Part shown: piece by piece, positions 35,400 through 50,836 of the stretch
Numbering within the stretch: the stretch's first letter is position 1
How the letters are laid out: every line of letters starts with the position of its first letter
Program-made: the position numbers and the translations under genes
Notes under the pieces: model-generated
The model's input: only the letters and a program-made list of their open reading frames with translations
What the model was told of the DNA's origin: nothing
Database searches by the model: none
Assembly: GCA_965368405.1 (NCBI GenBank)
Contig: CBDUMS010000005.1
Span: forward strand, 2,128 to 66,127
Reading direction: 5' to 3'
DNA length: 64,000 nt
Origin: an uncultured Cyclobacteriaceae bacterium
GTDB taxonomy: Bacteria; Bacteroidota; Bacteroidia; Cytophagales; Cyclobacteriaceae

Positions 35400-38247
35400 C
35401 TAATTATAAACCAACAAGTCAAGAACCTTTTCCCTACTTAAACTAATTTGAGGTTGGAAAGCTTCTGATCCGATATATCGTTCCAGGCTATATCTTAACT
35501 GCTGTGCTTCCAGTCGTTTATCCAGTCTCGTATGGAGATCAACTCCTGAGAAAAGAAGTTTTCCCTCACCAACTTTCACTTCAAAGATCAAAGCAGTTCT
35601 GCGATTTTCAAACCAATCATCAATAATTCTTACGATCGGCGAAAGTTCTGGTGGAAAATCGTCTAAAACTATTGCATTCGAATGGCTCATTGCATCCCAC
35701 CATTGCCAATTGGAATGGTACTCTGTAGGAAACTCACTCAATGCTGGATGGTCAGGATCACATAATATACCTAGTGTATGTGGCTTCTGTCCATTTGTCC
35801 AGGAAGTATTCCAAAAAATACTTGAAAATCCTACACCAATATCCCCTCCTTTATCAGGGGCAATATCTCCCTTATTAATGTTTAATAGTACACGACCCCC
35901 TCTTTCAAGGTAATCGAGTGTACCCTTATCAAGTTTTTGCACTACTTTGTAATCAAGCTCATCGGCAATTTCTTCTTTGTATTCAGGATAGACCCAAACA
36001 TCCCATGTATTGGTGTCTGACAGCACATTTATCTCTAGCCTCAGCTTGGTTGGTTGCTTAAGTTGCCCCAAGCCCACACTAATCTCCCCAAGATTGGTAC
36101 CGTTTCCAATAGGTATGTTAGTAGTACTCAGTTTACCCTCCGCAAATACCTCAGTTCCTGCAACGAGTTGCCAGGTTGGCGTCACTTGCTTTAGAGGTGT
36201 TGAACCATAATGGGCAACCTCAGCGTCAGCAACAAAAATTTCATTATTAGTAAATACACGTTTATTAAGTCTAACCAGGGGCACTGTTACATCACTAAAC
36301 CTTCTAAACTCTTCTGGTGTGATATATTCCTTGCTATCCCAAAACGGATCTAAAACTCCAACTAGTGCTGTACCTTGCCCTGGAAAATCATGCAAGTCGA
36401 GTAGCTGAAAACCGGCCATGTCTTTGGTGCGAAGTGCTGCTTCAATATCTGCTTTATAACAAATTGCCTGTAGCTTGCCTGAGGCTAAATGAAAACTATC
36501 TGCTAAATCACCCATCTTATTAGCCTCAAGAGTCTCCTTAAATATTTCGAAATTCTTAGGTTGGAGAACACCTGTATATTTAGACATCTCCTTGAAATTT
36601 GGAAATACACACCACTGACCCATTTCATGGCTAACATAAGGGATGGGAGTCTGCTGAATTAAATCATCATAATCAAACATGGTTTGTGGTGGTTCAGCAT
36701 TAATAATGCTGTTCAATTCCTGAGCCCACCCTTGTATTCTAGGTCCTTTATGGTTAAAATAATCCAAATTATCTAACAAAGGCCATCCTGCACCACTGGT
36801 ATAAAGGCGTCGGCTATCCAAGGCTTTCATATGGTTTACAAAATTCCAGAGGTATTCGTTTTGGTTCTTTCCTGATGGCTCATTACCATAAGCCATCATC
36901 ACAAACGATGGATGGTTGCCATAATTACTTATTATGCTCTCCGCTTCCTTATATATCCATTCATCAATAGGCTCCCCGTCTCCTATCGTTGTCCATGCAG
37001 AAGCCTCGACCTGTAAATAAACCCCTAGTTCATCTGCAGCAGTAAAAGCTGCCTCCGGAGGACACCATGAGTGAAAACGCATGTGGTTTAAGCCATGCTC
37101 CTTGATGATTGATAATATTCTTCTCCAATCATCAACATTTGTTGGAGGGTAGCCTGTAAGCGGAAAAATTGCGCATTCGAGGGTGCCGCGAAGAAATACC
37201 GGACGACCATTAATAGCGAACCGCTTACCATCAACCTTGAATTCACGCATACCAAAAGAGATGTCTTTTTTAGTGGTTCCCTGATCCGATTCCAGTTGTA
37301 ACGTGAGTGTATAAAGGTTCGGTGAAAATTCATCCCATAGCAAAGGTTTGTCTCCCATTGAATAAACCAGTTCTACGATACCCTCATTGACTCCGTCAAT
37401 GATTCGAACTACAGTATTAAGTTGTTCTCCGGAGGTCTCGGAGGTAGCGAAAACCTTTAGAACAGCTTCATCTTTGTCGGTCATTCCGGAGATCTGTGCT
37501 TTGACGGTAACCTGTTTCTTCTGCATGTCAGGATAAACCTGCACTTCGGCAAGTGATATTTTTGGTAAACTAACCAGTTTCATTTGACCCACTATGCCAT
37601 TCCAATTGGATTGAGTATTATCGGAGATACTATGGGCATCCAAGCCAGGATTGATAGATTTTATTCGATTGTCCACTCTAATTGTTAGCTGATTACTACC
37701 AACCTTTAAAAATTCAGTTAGGTCATATTCATGTGGGGTACCAAGTGTGTTTCGCAGGCCCACTTTCTGCCCGTTAACCCAAAGCATTGTTTCCCAGTGA
37801 GGACGTTCCAAAAACAAATGAATATGGTTCTCTTGCCAGGACTCAGGGATCTCAATTTCCCTACGATACCATGCTGGTCCGTAAAACTCCTTATTCGGTG
37901 TGAGCCAAAATGAAACTTTCACATTACCGGGTTGGCGGTATTGCTCCATTGTTTTATCAGTGTACCAGGCACTGTCATTCCACATATTGCCTGTCCAATG
38001 TGTATTAACCGTAACATCATTGCCAAGGTATTGCTCGGCAAGAGAACCAGGAAGCTCAATACTTTGCCACTCATTTGTTGACTTAGAATGCCATTGGTTC
38101 GTTTCTCCAATATCCAGACTGTCCAGGGACACTGCCCAGATTCCATCGAGGTGAATCTCATCGATGAGAGCATCATTTTTACCACAAGATTGAAGGATAG
38201 TTACCATCAGAATTGCCTGCAACATTCTCAAGAGCGCTTTTGAAAAA

Positions 38248-38255
<8 letters not shown>
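35400..38255 (-). CDS. GH2-like (clan GH-A) glycoside hydrolase lipoprotein, non-LacZ subgroup; paralogue of 43123..45861
   Basis: The ORF track extends to 38387. The Met at 38255 gives signal MISFSKALLRMLQAILMVTILQSCG. Motifs GLNHMRFHSWCPP, HPSFVMMAYGNEPSG and VSHEMGQW correspond positionally to the LacZ motifs [12 protein letters not shown] and [10 protein letters not shown]. Confidence 0.65.
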
Positions 38256-43001
<4,746 letters not shown>

Positions 43002-43122
43002 TCACGCAATGTGCCTCGATATGACCCGAAAATTCATTCTAAATATTTCAACGATTAAAAACACCTACTTTAGGGGAGAAGGGCCTCCTCTTCGCTGATA
43101 AAACATTGGTGATACCATGCAT

Positions 43123-45861
43123 TTAATTTTTAAGCAATTCAATCTTAGAGAAATCAATAGTTTGTACTGGAGCAAAATCATCTGAACTCATATAAGATAA
43201 CAGACTCCTTTTCATTTGCCTTGCTACAATTCGCTTATCTAAATCATTAGCCAAATCGATAGATGTAAGAATAAGTTTGCCTGTACCAACTTTTGCCTCA
43301 AAAAGAATCCCTAGACTTCTGTTGGTAACAAAATTATCAATTACGCGGACGATAGGATCCAAATCATTAAGATTGAGTGCCTTAGAGTTAATGTTAAGAT
43401 CCCACCATTGCCAGTTTGCATGAAACTCGGTTGGAAAATCGGCTAATGCTCCATGTTCCGGGTCGCATAAGATTCCCATAGTTGAAGGTTGGTCTGGAAA
43501 GTGGACGGGACTCCAGAACACTGGTACGAACCTACCTGTAACACCTTGAATATCCCTATAATCCGGGTTAAAAAGCACTTTCTTGCCCTCAGAAAGACCC
43601 TTTTTAGCCTCTGAAAATGAACGCGTGTAGAGAATATTTCCATTAGAAGTGCTTTCTTCAGGATAAACCCAAATCTTCCATCTGTTTTTATAGGGTGTGC
43701 CTAAAACTTCCACTTGAATTTCTAGCTCAACTGCTTTATCAACACTCAAGTTCGCACTAATCTCTCCTATAATATTTTCGTTTCCAACATCCAATGACGG
43801 TCCTCTCAAATCACCTACAAAAAGCTTTTTCTCACCTTCCATTATCTTCCAGCGAATAGCATATTCGTCTATAGGCTGCTTGAAATTGGCGATTATAACA
43901 TGTGCTTTGAATGTTTCACCCGATTTATAAACGGCCTTTTCAAAGCTTAATAAGGGTACAACTGGAGCACAAAATTCGCTAAATTCTGCGGCATTTATTG
44001 CACCCTTCGATTCCCAGAATGCGTTGAGTAAGCCTACCAAAGCTGTGCCTTGTCCCGGAAAGTCTTGCAATTGAAGTAATTGAAAACCGTCAAACTCCGG
44101 TGTACGAAGGGCTCGCTCTATTTCTTCTTTATAAAGTAGAGCAGCCAATTTGCCAGATGCCATAGTGAATTCAGGTGCAAAATCGAGCAATCCCTTTTGT
44201 TGAAGATCTATCTTGACCGCTTCGAAGTTGAGCGGTTCAAGAACACCAGTGTATTTCTCCATTTCTGATAAATCCGGGTACACCGAGTATTGACCAATTT
44301 CATGACTAATGAGTGGAACCCCAATATAATCCATATTATTTGTGAAGTTCTTACTGAAATTGGGAGGATTTTGGTTGAAAACGCCTTGTCCTCGAACCCA
44401 TCCTTTTTTGGTCCATTGAGTCACAAAATATTCATCCTCAGACTGAGGGATCCCACTTATGTCCTTTTGAAAAGAGAATGTAGTGGTCGTATAGAGATGG
44501 CGGTCATCCCATACTTTCATTTCAGCCACCAATCCATTTAGCCAGGCTGGATCACCCTCCAATTCATTGCCAACTGAAAAGAAGACAAATGAGGGGTGAT
44601 TACCATATTCTCTAATCAAGTTTTTAGCTTCAGAATATAAGAAATCATTCGTAGCTTCATCCCTGCCTACATTGAGATTCCAAAGAGGAAGCTCTACCTG
44701 CAAATACATCCCTATCTCATCAGCAACCTCAAAAGCAGCTTTGGGGGGGCACCAAGAGTGAAATCGTAAATGATTTAATCCATAAGCACGTGCTGTGTCC
44801 ATCAGACTCATCCATCCTTTTTTATCCATTGGCGGTCGGCCTGTAAGTGGAAAAATAACACATTCCAAATTGCCTCGCATAAATGTTCGCTGACCATTTA
44901 CGGCCAACACCGCATTTTCATTGGTGAAATTACGATAGCCAAAAGTTACCGCCTTCTGATGAGACGCCACAGACACGCGGCACTCATAAGTTATTGGATT
45001 GAATTCACTCCACTTCTCTAGAAATCCAGCATCAAACTCAGTAGAGAACGATGTTCTACTTATTGAAGCGGTCGTCTTATATTTAACCTCACCGTCTTTC
45101 AAAATCTCAATTTTGACATCCCCTTCTTGCACACCAGATAGGAGACCACTCACTTTCACCCTATTCTGATCGAGGTATGGATAAACCTGAACTTGTTCAA
45201 CAGCAACTGCGGGGTAGGCCTTCAGTGTCATTTCGCCAAGAATTCCGTTCCACTTGATCTGGGTATGGTTTGTATATGCATGTGCCATATCCTTATCTTC
45301 AGGCGCTGGATACTTATTTCCTGCCACATTAATGCCCGGATATCTGTTGCCGTTATTCACCAAAATAGTGATGGTATGATCCCCTGGTGAAAGAAGGTTT
45401 GACAGGTCAAAGTAATGTGGAGTTATTAAGCTCTCTTGAATCGAAGGTACTTTTTCTTCATCAATCCAAACCTCTGATGTCCATAGCACCCGCTCCAGCA
45501 TGAGAGATATTGTTTTTCCTGCCCAACCAGGCGGAATGCTAATTGAGCGCTGGTACCAGGCTTTTCCAGTGTAGCTGTTTTTCCGAGTAAGGTGGGATAG
45601 CACATAGTTATTAAGAACAGGCTTTAGGGTATTCGGTGTTCCAATTCCCGCTTCATCTAATGTAGCCGGAAGGGTAATCGACTCTCCTTCGAGCTGTGTC
45701 ATATACCAACCAGCATTTTCTCCTGTATTTTCTGGATCAAGCTTTACCAGCCAACTTCCAGAGAGGTCAATCAATTGCTCTTTTGGTTCAGTTCCACATC
45801 CAATAAAGAAAACTAATGTAATTAATGTTATTGTGGTCCAGTATATAGTTTTTACTCTCAT
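43123..45861 (-). CDS. GH2-like (clan GH-A) glycoside hydrolase lipoprotein; paralogue of 35400..38255
   Basis: Lipobox FFIGCG. Blocks shared with the paralogue are GLNHLRFHSWCPPKAAF, NHPSFVFFSVGNELEG, ISHEIGQY, FPGQGTALVG and NWQWWD. Confidence 0.65.
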   Translation of the reverse strand: MRVKTIYWTTITLITLVFFIGCGTEPKEQLIDLSGSWLVKLDPENTGENAGWYMTQLEGESITLPATLDEAGIGTPNTLKPVLNNYVLSHLTRKNSYTGKAWYQRSISIPPGWAGKTISLMLERVLWTSEVWIDEEKVPSIQESLITPHYFDLSNLLSPGDHTITILVNNGNRYPGINVAGNKYPAPEDKDMAHAYTNHTQIKWNGILGEMTLKAYPAVAVEQVQVYPYLDQNRVKVSGLLSGVQEGDVKIEILKDGEVKYKTTASISRTSFSTEFDAGFLEKWSEFNPITYECRVSVASHQKAVTFGYRNFTNENAVLAVNGQRTFMRGNLECVIFPLTGRPPMDKKGWMSLMDTARAYGLNHLRFHSWCPPKAAFEVADEIGMYLQVELPLWNLNVGRDEATNDFLYSEAKNLIREYGNHPSFVFFSVGNELEGDPAWLNGLVAEMKVWDDRHLYTTTTFSFQKDISGIPQSEDEYFVTQWTKKGWVRGQGVFNQNPPNFSKNFTNNMDYIGVPLISHEIGQYSVYPDLSEMEKYTGVLEPLNFEAVKIDLQQKGLLDFAPEFTMASGKLAALLYKEEIERALRTPEFDGFQLLQLQDFPGQGTALVGLLNAFWESKGAINAAEFSEFCAPVVPLLSFEKAVYKSGETFKAHVIIANFKQPIDEYAIRWKIMEGEKKLFVGDLRGPSLDVGNENIIGEISANLSVDKAVELEIQVEVLGTPYKNRWKIWVYPEESTSNGNILYTRSFSEAKKGLSEGKKVLFNPDYRDIQGVTGRFVPVFWSPVHFPDQPSTMGILCDPEHGALADFPTEFHANWQWWDLNINSKALNLNDLDPIVRVIDNFVTNRSLGILFEAKVGTGKLILTSIDLANDLDKRIVARQMKRSLLSYMSSDDFAPVQTIDFSKIELLKN

Positions 45862-45867
45862 AGCTAA

Positions 45868-47436
45868 TTAGTCAATTATTGAGCTCCCCCACCAATTTTC
45901 ATTAGGCTTGAAATCATCTTGAAGCATTCTCAACCTCTTCGCCTCTAATTGTGGAAGCCACACATCGCTAACTTTCTGCATACGATCTCTAAGCGCTTCC
46001 TCGCTGAAATAAGGGTTATCTTCAGGATAGCGCGCTTGCTGCTCCTTTAAGACATTGAAGAGCTTTTGTTCTAAAGCGGTAGCCATTGCTATCTTCTCAG
46101 AAGAAAGATCATTTTGTTCTCCCACGTCGGAGGATAAATTATATAGCTCTGAAGATTTAGTTTCCCAATAATAGATAAGTTTGAAATCGCCTTCCCTTAT
46201 TGTAGAAACAGGATCACCACCCTGATTCCCATAATGTGGATAATGCCAAACCAGTGTTCTTTCCTTAGGAGTATTTCCAACCAATGTGCTTTTTAAGCTA
46301 ATGCCGTCTACTTTTTGATCTGACGGGATAGCTAAGCCGACTAGCTCGGCAATAGTTGGATAAAAATCCTGGCCGCTAACAGGGTAATCTACTACTTTGG
46401 GTGTCACACCAGGCACTTTGATTAGATAAGGAACCCGAATTCCACCTTCCCAATGGTAGCCTTTACCTCCTCTCAAAGGAGCATTACTGGTAGAGTATGC
46501 ATCACCGGAGGCGACACCGCCATTATCAGAAGTAAAAACAATTATTGTATTATCTTCTAATCCAAGCTCTTCTAATTGCTGTAATACAATTCCCACTGCG
46601 TCGTCCATATGCTGAACAAGCCCTGCGTATACAGGGTTATCTTGCACCGTTCGAATGGGCAAACGTCGCTCCATTTTATATCCACTTGAATCGAGCCCGG
46701 CCGATACTGCCTTGTCACGGTACTTTCGCCAATAAGCTTCCTTAGTTTGAATAGGGCTGTGAACAGCATAAAATGACAAGAAAGCAAAGAATGGTTCGTT
46801 CTTATTCTCTTTGATAAAATTAGCTGTCTCAAGAGCGAGTCGCTCACTCAGGTTTTGACCATTTTCAGCATCCTCCAGGTTAGGGTTATTGAACGGAGAA
46901 AAGTATCCTCCCTTTGGATTACCAACATCCCAGCCACCTTTATTGATCTCAAACCCATGATCCTCAGGCCAAGAACCCTTCGCACCCAAATGCCACTTCC
47001 CAGCGAAAAAGGTTTTGTATCCATTCGCTTTTAAGAATTCTGGTAGCGTATTCTCGGCAGAATCTAGCTGCATGCTATAGTTCGGTGGCAAAATTGTGGT
47101 GTAAGGATGACTCTTACCCCAGGACTCGCCAGTCTCAGCTCCAATCCAGTCGGTAACGCCATGAGCAACTGTCGTTTTTCCAGTCAAAATTGTTGCGCGT
47201 GATGGGCTACAAACTTGAGCACCAGCGTAACCATTCGTAAACTGAACTCCTTCTTTCGCTATCCGATCGATATTAGGAGACTCATAATACGCGTTATTTG
47301 CATAACTCAAATCAAAAGCTCCTAAATCATCAGCCAATATGAATAGGATGTTAGGTTTTTTTGAAGATTCTTGTTTGGGTTCTGTGCAGCTGTACAACAC
47401 CACACAGCAAACCAATATTAGGAGCTGGTTTTTCAT
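45868..47436 (-). CDS. S1 formylglycine-dependent sulfatase
   Basis: Lipoprotein-like signal VVLYSC. Motifs are NILFILADDLG and CSPSRATILTGK. Confidence 0.9.
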   Translation of the reverse strand: MKNQLLILVCCVVLYSCTEPKQESSKKPNILFILADDLGAFDLSYANNAYYESPNIDRIAKEGVQFTNGYAGAQVCSPSRATILTGKTTVAHGVTDWIGAETGESWGKSHPYTTILPPNYSMQLDSAENTLPEFLKANGYKTFFAGKWHLGAKGSWPEDHGFEINKGGWDVGNPKGGYFSPFNNPNLEDAENGQNLSERLALETANFIKENKNEPFFAFLSFYAVHSPIQTKEAYWRKYRDKAVSAGLDSSGYKMERRLPIRTVQDNPVYAGLVQHMDDAVGIVLQQLEELGLEDNTIIVFTSDNGGVASGDAYSTSNAPLRGGKGYHWEGGIRVPYLIKVPGVTPKVVDYPVSGQDFYPTIAELVGLAIPSDQKVDGISLKSTLVGNTPKERTLVWHYPHYGNQGGDPVSTIREGDFKLIYYWETKSSELYNLSSDVGEQNDLSSEKIAMATALEQKLFNVLKEQQARYPEDNPYFSEEALRDRMQKVSDVWLPQLEAKRLRMLQDDFKPNENWWGSSIID

Positions 47437-47438
47437 AA

Positions 47439-50400
47439 TTATTTGTTCACTTTTATAAGATTATTGGAAACTTGGTGCAAGTAATCTTTCGCACCAATAT
47501 GAGAAGCGTTTAGATCTAGGACTTTTTTGAAGTTTTGATTTGCACACTGCAAATTATCAGCGGCCAATTCTGCGAGTCCAAGTAAATAGTACGCTTCTAT
47601 TGTATTCCTCATTTGAATATCATCTTCAAAAACCAGCAACAATGGTAGAGAGGTTGCGAAATAATCTATTTTGGCCTCTTCTTTTTGTTTTCTGACAGCA
47701 AATTCCTTCATTTCACTAAGCACTTTGAGTGCTTCAGGTTCTTTTCCTATCTCTATCATTGACAATGCTTTATAATAGGTAAGCTCTGAAAAGTTACTAA
47801 CGGCCATATCAATAAAATCTCCTTCCTCATCCGCACTTGACTGAAAATGCTTTATTGCCTCTACCTCATTTCCTATTGCTCTATGGGCACAGCCTTTCCA
47901 ATAGTTTACATGGGCAAGGGCTTGAAGAGGGTGATACTTTTCTCCTAAGTTATCAGGAGTATCTATTGATTTATTAAAATAGTTTAAAGCACTTTTGGGA
48001 TCATTTTCATTAAGTGCCCTTTTGCCCAACTTAATACAAGCATAGGTGTATTGTTTTAGCACTTGGCCTTCTCCCCCCTCCCATGGATGAAAATTACGAT
48101 TAGATAAAAGGTCTAGTGCCTTTTCACTTTGATTAGTCAGATTGTATAAAGTTGCCAATTCTACACTAAAATCATCTCTAGAAAAAACTTCATCTTTCAA
48201 AGCCAACAGGTCCTTGAGCCTGCTCATTGGATCATAATTAAGCTTCTTTCGTAGCTGATCATATTCAAACTGTATTCTCATATCATCAGGAGACCGCTCC
48301 ACCGCCCTTTCATAAAAGGATATGGCATTCTCCCCATCCTGATTAGCATTCCAATAGGCAATTCCCAGATTCCTATAGAGGGTTGCATATTGACAACCAG
48401 AATCAACGGCTTTCTCCCATATTTGAATTGCGTCCTGGTGACGCTTGGCATTAAAGTAAAAATTTCCCAAGCCATAATAAACGAGCATTGAATCAGACTT
48501 ATTTTCTGCGATCCATTCAAGCATTTTTAACTCCTCTAATCGCGATGGGAAGAAATAGTCAAAAGATTTTTTAGCGATTATATTCAGAAGTTGATCTCCT
48601 TTATCCCTCTTGCCATTAGCAAAGTACAACCAAGCTAAAATTACATCTGTCATAATTGATTGTCCCATCGGATTTGGAACGGCGCACTCTTTGGTAGGGG
48701 AATTATGGTGCAACTCGATTAGCTCAACTGCAGGCTGATAAAAGCCACTTGCAATATATTCGAAGGCAATGTCAATAACAGTTTGAGCATCATTTCTACT
48801 CGATTCAATGAAATTTTCATAATTACCTCTAATTCGTCCTAATTCAAAATTTGCCCATTGATCAAGAGGATCTATTGCGAGCAGGTTCACTAGTAGGTTT
48901 TCTGCTTCTGCCTTTTTGTTCATCTCAGAATGAATTACGGCTTTGAGTATGGTGGCACTATTATTATGTGCGTTTGTTACAAGAGAAGCATCAAGGTGCT
49001 CTATTGCCGACTCAAAGTCTTCTTTTTGTGCATCGAGCCTAGCAAGCATATAGTAACCTGGAGATCGCCATTCATAATTCCAAATAGCCTTATAGAATGA
49101 TTTGTATGCTAAATCAGACTCGCCCAAATGATAGGAGGCAATTCCTTGATAATAATGAGCTTCTCCTGTAGATGGGTTTGGATGATAGGTTGTTAAAATA
49201 TCAATTGCCTGGCTAGCATGATCTTTTGCTTTTTCAAAAAGACCTGCTTTAATCAAGACCTTACTAAGTGAGATGTGTGCATCATAATTATTAGGATCAC
49301 TCTCAAGAGCTGCTTCCCAATAAGTTTCAGGGTATCGTGTTGGATGTCTGTACAGTTCCAGATGGTCTCCAATCATGTTTAATTTTATTGAGCTTTTTTC
49401 TTCATCAGGCTGCTTTGGTTCAACTGCTACATTACGATCTCTTGATTTATTGATCTCCTTATGTGAATAAGTGAGTAAAGTTTTACCATTTTCATCTAAT
49501 ACCGCCAATGAAAGTATATTTTCTTCTCCTGAACCGAACTCTCTTTCACAAACCCATGGAGTTTCTGGCCCTATTGTAAGCTTAGCAACGATCTCCTGCT
49601 TTGAGGCTATCTTAATAATAACTGTAACATTGGTTAGCTTACTGCTACTTACAACACCCATTTCTACCTTATTACCTTGTTTCGGAAGCAACTTGATAGC
49701 AACTAGCTTATTGGCATTTTGAACGGGACCAAGCTTTTTATAACTCCACCAATACTGAGAAAATGTTTTGGTCTCAAAAGGTAATAGATAGGAGAAGTCG
49801 GGTTGATTATCTGTGTAGACACCAGCCATTAACTCAAAGTAAGGCCCTCCGATATCTGTTAATTCTCTATCCCATGCTTTACCGAACTCTTCACTACCCC
49901 AGGTCCACTGCTTTTTACCAGGTGCAATATGCCGATTAGCTACATGTATAAATCCGCCATCTGCCTTATTGTCATACCCTCCAAAAAAGTCATACTTTGT
50001 ATCGCATACCATATAGCTGGTAGGAACTGTAATGTTTTCATACTTCCTGAGATCATTTTTGCCAGGGCGTTTGTGGTAAGGTATACCGTAATAAGAGTTT
50101 TCTGCATAAGGAAAGCTACTAATAGCTCGCGCAGCATGATCTGCAACGTAATGCACATCTGGTGGGAAAAAACTTTGATAATCCTGATGAACTTCTACTG
50201 CGACATTGGCCCACCATAAGAATGTCTGTGTAAGCGGGGTTCTATTGAATAATCGACCTCTTAGCTCAATCAATGAACTCTCAGGCCGAATTCGAATACC
50301 GTGCATCCCTTTTAGTCTATACATGGGGTCATATTCTGACATCCAAATGGTAGAAGCGCCATCAGACTCTTTTTCAATAAAGACATCTGTGGGTAAATAG

Positions 50401-50777
50401 GTGCCGGGTCGATGATGCTGTGGCCAATTGAACTCTACGCCTCCACTAAGCCATGGGCCAGCTAAGCCAACGAGTGCAGGTTTAATCACCTCTTGCTTGT
50501 AGAAAAAATTATAATTGTTATTTGTTTTATCTTGACCTTCGAATATTCTTCCTCCTATCTCTGGTAGCATTGACAATCGAATAAATTCATTCTCTAATGT
50601 TGCTAACTGATAATTTCTGTCTACAAGATTGTCATAAACTTTATCGATAAATGGTACAGGATATACCTTTCCTGAAGAACCTTGATAAACACGCTTTTCA
50701 AAAAATACAGGATTGATTTCTGACTTTCCCAGCTCGTAGGTAGGGATTGATTTTGTTATAATATTAGTTTTTACCAT
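47439..50777 (-). CDS. Cytoplasmic 1112-aa protein: DUF5107-like N-terminal region (mutarotase-like pattern) plus long TPR array
   Basis: No signal peptide (MVKTNIITKSIPTYELG). The N-terminal LENEFIRLSMLPEIGGRIF pattern resembles the aldose-epimerase-like superfamily. The C-terminal ~600 aa hold many TPR-like helices. The DUF5107 name is recalled, not searched. Confidence 0.5.
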   Translation of the reverse strand: MVKTNIITKSIPTYELGKSEINPVFFEKRVYQGSSGKVYPVPFIDKVYDNLVDRNYQLATLENEFIRLSMLPEIGGRIFEGQDKTNNNYNFFYKQEVIKPALVGLAGPWLSGGVEFNWPQHHRPGTYLPTDVFIEKESDGASTIWMSEYDPMYRLKGMHGIRIRPESSLIELRGRLFNRTPLTQTFLWWANVAVEVHQDYQSFFPPDVHYVADHAARAISSFPYAENSYYGIPYHKRPGKNDLRKYENITVPTSYMVCDTKYDFFGGYDNKADGGFIHVANRHIAPGKKQWTWGSEEFGKAWDRELTDIGGPYFELMAGVYTDNQPDFSYLLPFETKTFSQYWWSYKKLGPVQNANKLVAIKLLPKQGNKVEMGVVSSSKLTNVTVIIKIASKQEIVAKLTIGPETPWVCEREFGSGEENILSLAVLDENGKTLLTYSHKEINKSRDRNVAVEPKQPDEEKSSIKLNMIGDHLELYRHPTRYPETYWEAALESDPNNYDAHISLSKVLIKAGLFEKAKDHASQAIDILTTYHPNPSTGEAHYYQGIASYHLGESDLAYKSFYKAIWNYEWRSPGYYMLARLDAQKEDFESAIEHLDASLVTNAHNNSATILKAVIHSEMNKKAEAENLLVNLLAIDPLDQWANFELGRIRGNYENFIESSRNDAQTVIDIAFEYIASGFYQPAVELIELHHNSPTKECAVPNPMGQSIMTDVILAWLYFANGKRDKGDQLLNIIAKKSFDYFFPSRLEELKMLEWIAENKSDSMLVYYGLGNFYFNAKRHQDAIQIWEKAVDSGCQYATLYRNLGIAYWNANQDGENAISFYERAVERSPDDMRIQFEYDQLRKKLNYDPMSRLKDLLALKDEVFSRDDFSVELATLYNLTNQSEKALDLLSNRNFHPWEGGEGQVLKQYTYACIKLGKRALNENDPKSALNYFNKSIDTPDNLGEKYHPLQALAHVNYWKGCAHRAIGNEVEAIKHFQSSADEEGDFIDMAVSNFSELTYYKALSMIEIGKEPEALKVLSEMKEFAVRKQKEEAKIDYFATSLPLLLVFEDDIQMRNTIEAYYLLGLAELAADNLQCANQNFKKVLDLNASHIGAKDYLHQVSNNLIKVNK

Positions 50778-50836
50778 CGCAAAATATTATTAGAAAACTA
50801 CTGATTCGATTTTAAAACTTCCATTTCATTAGTGCA

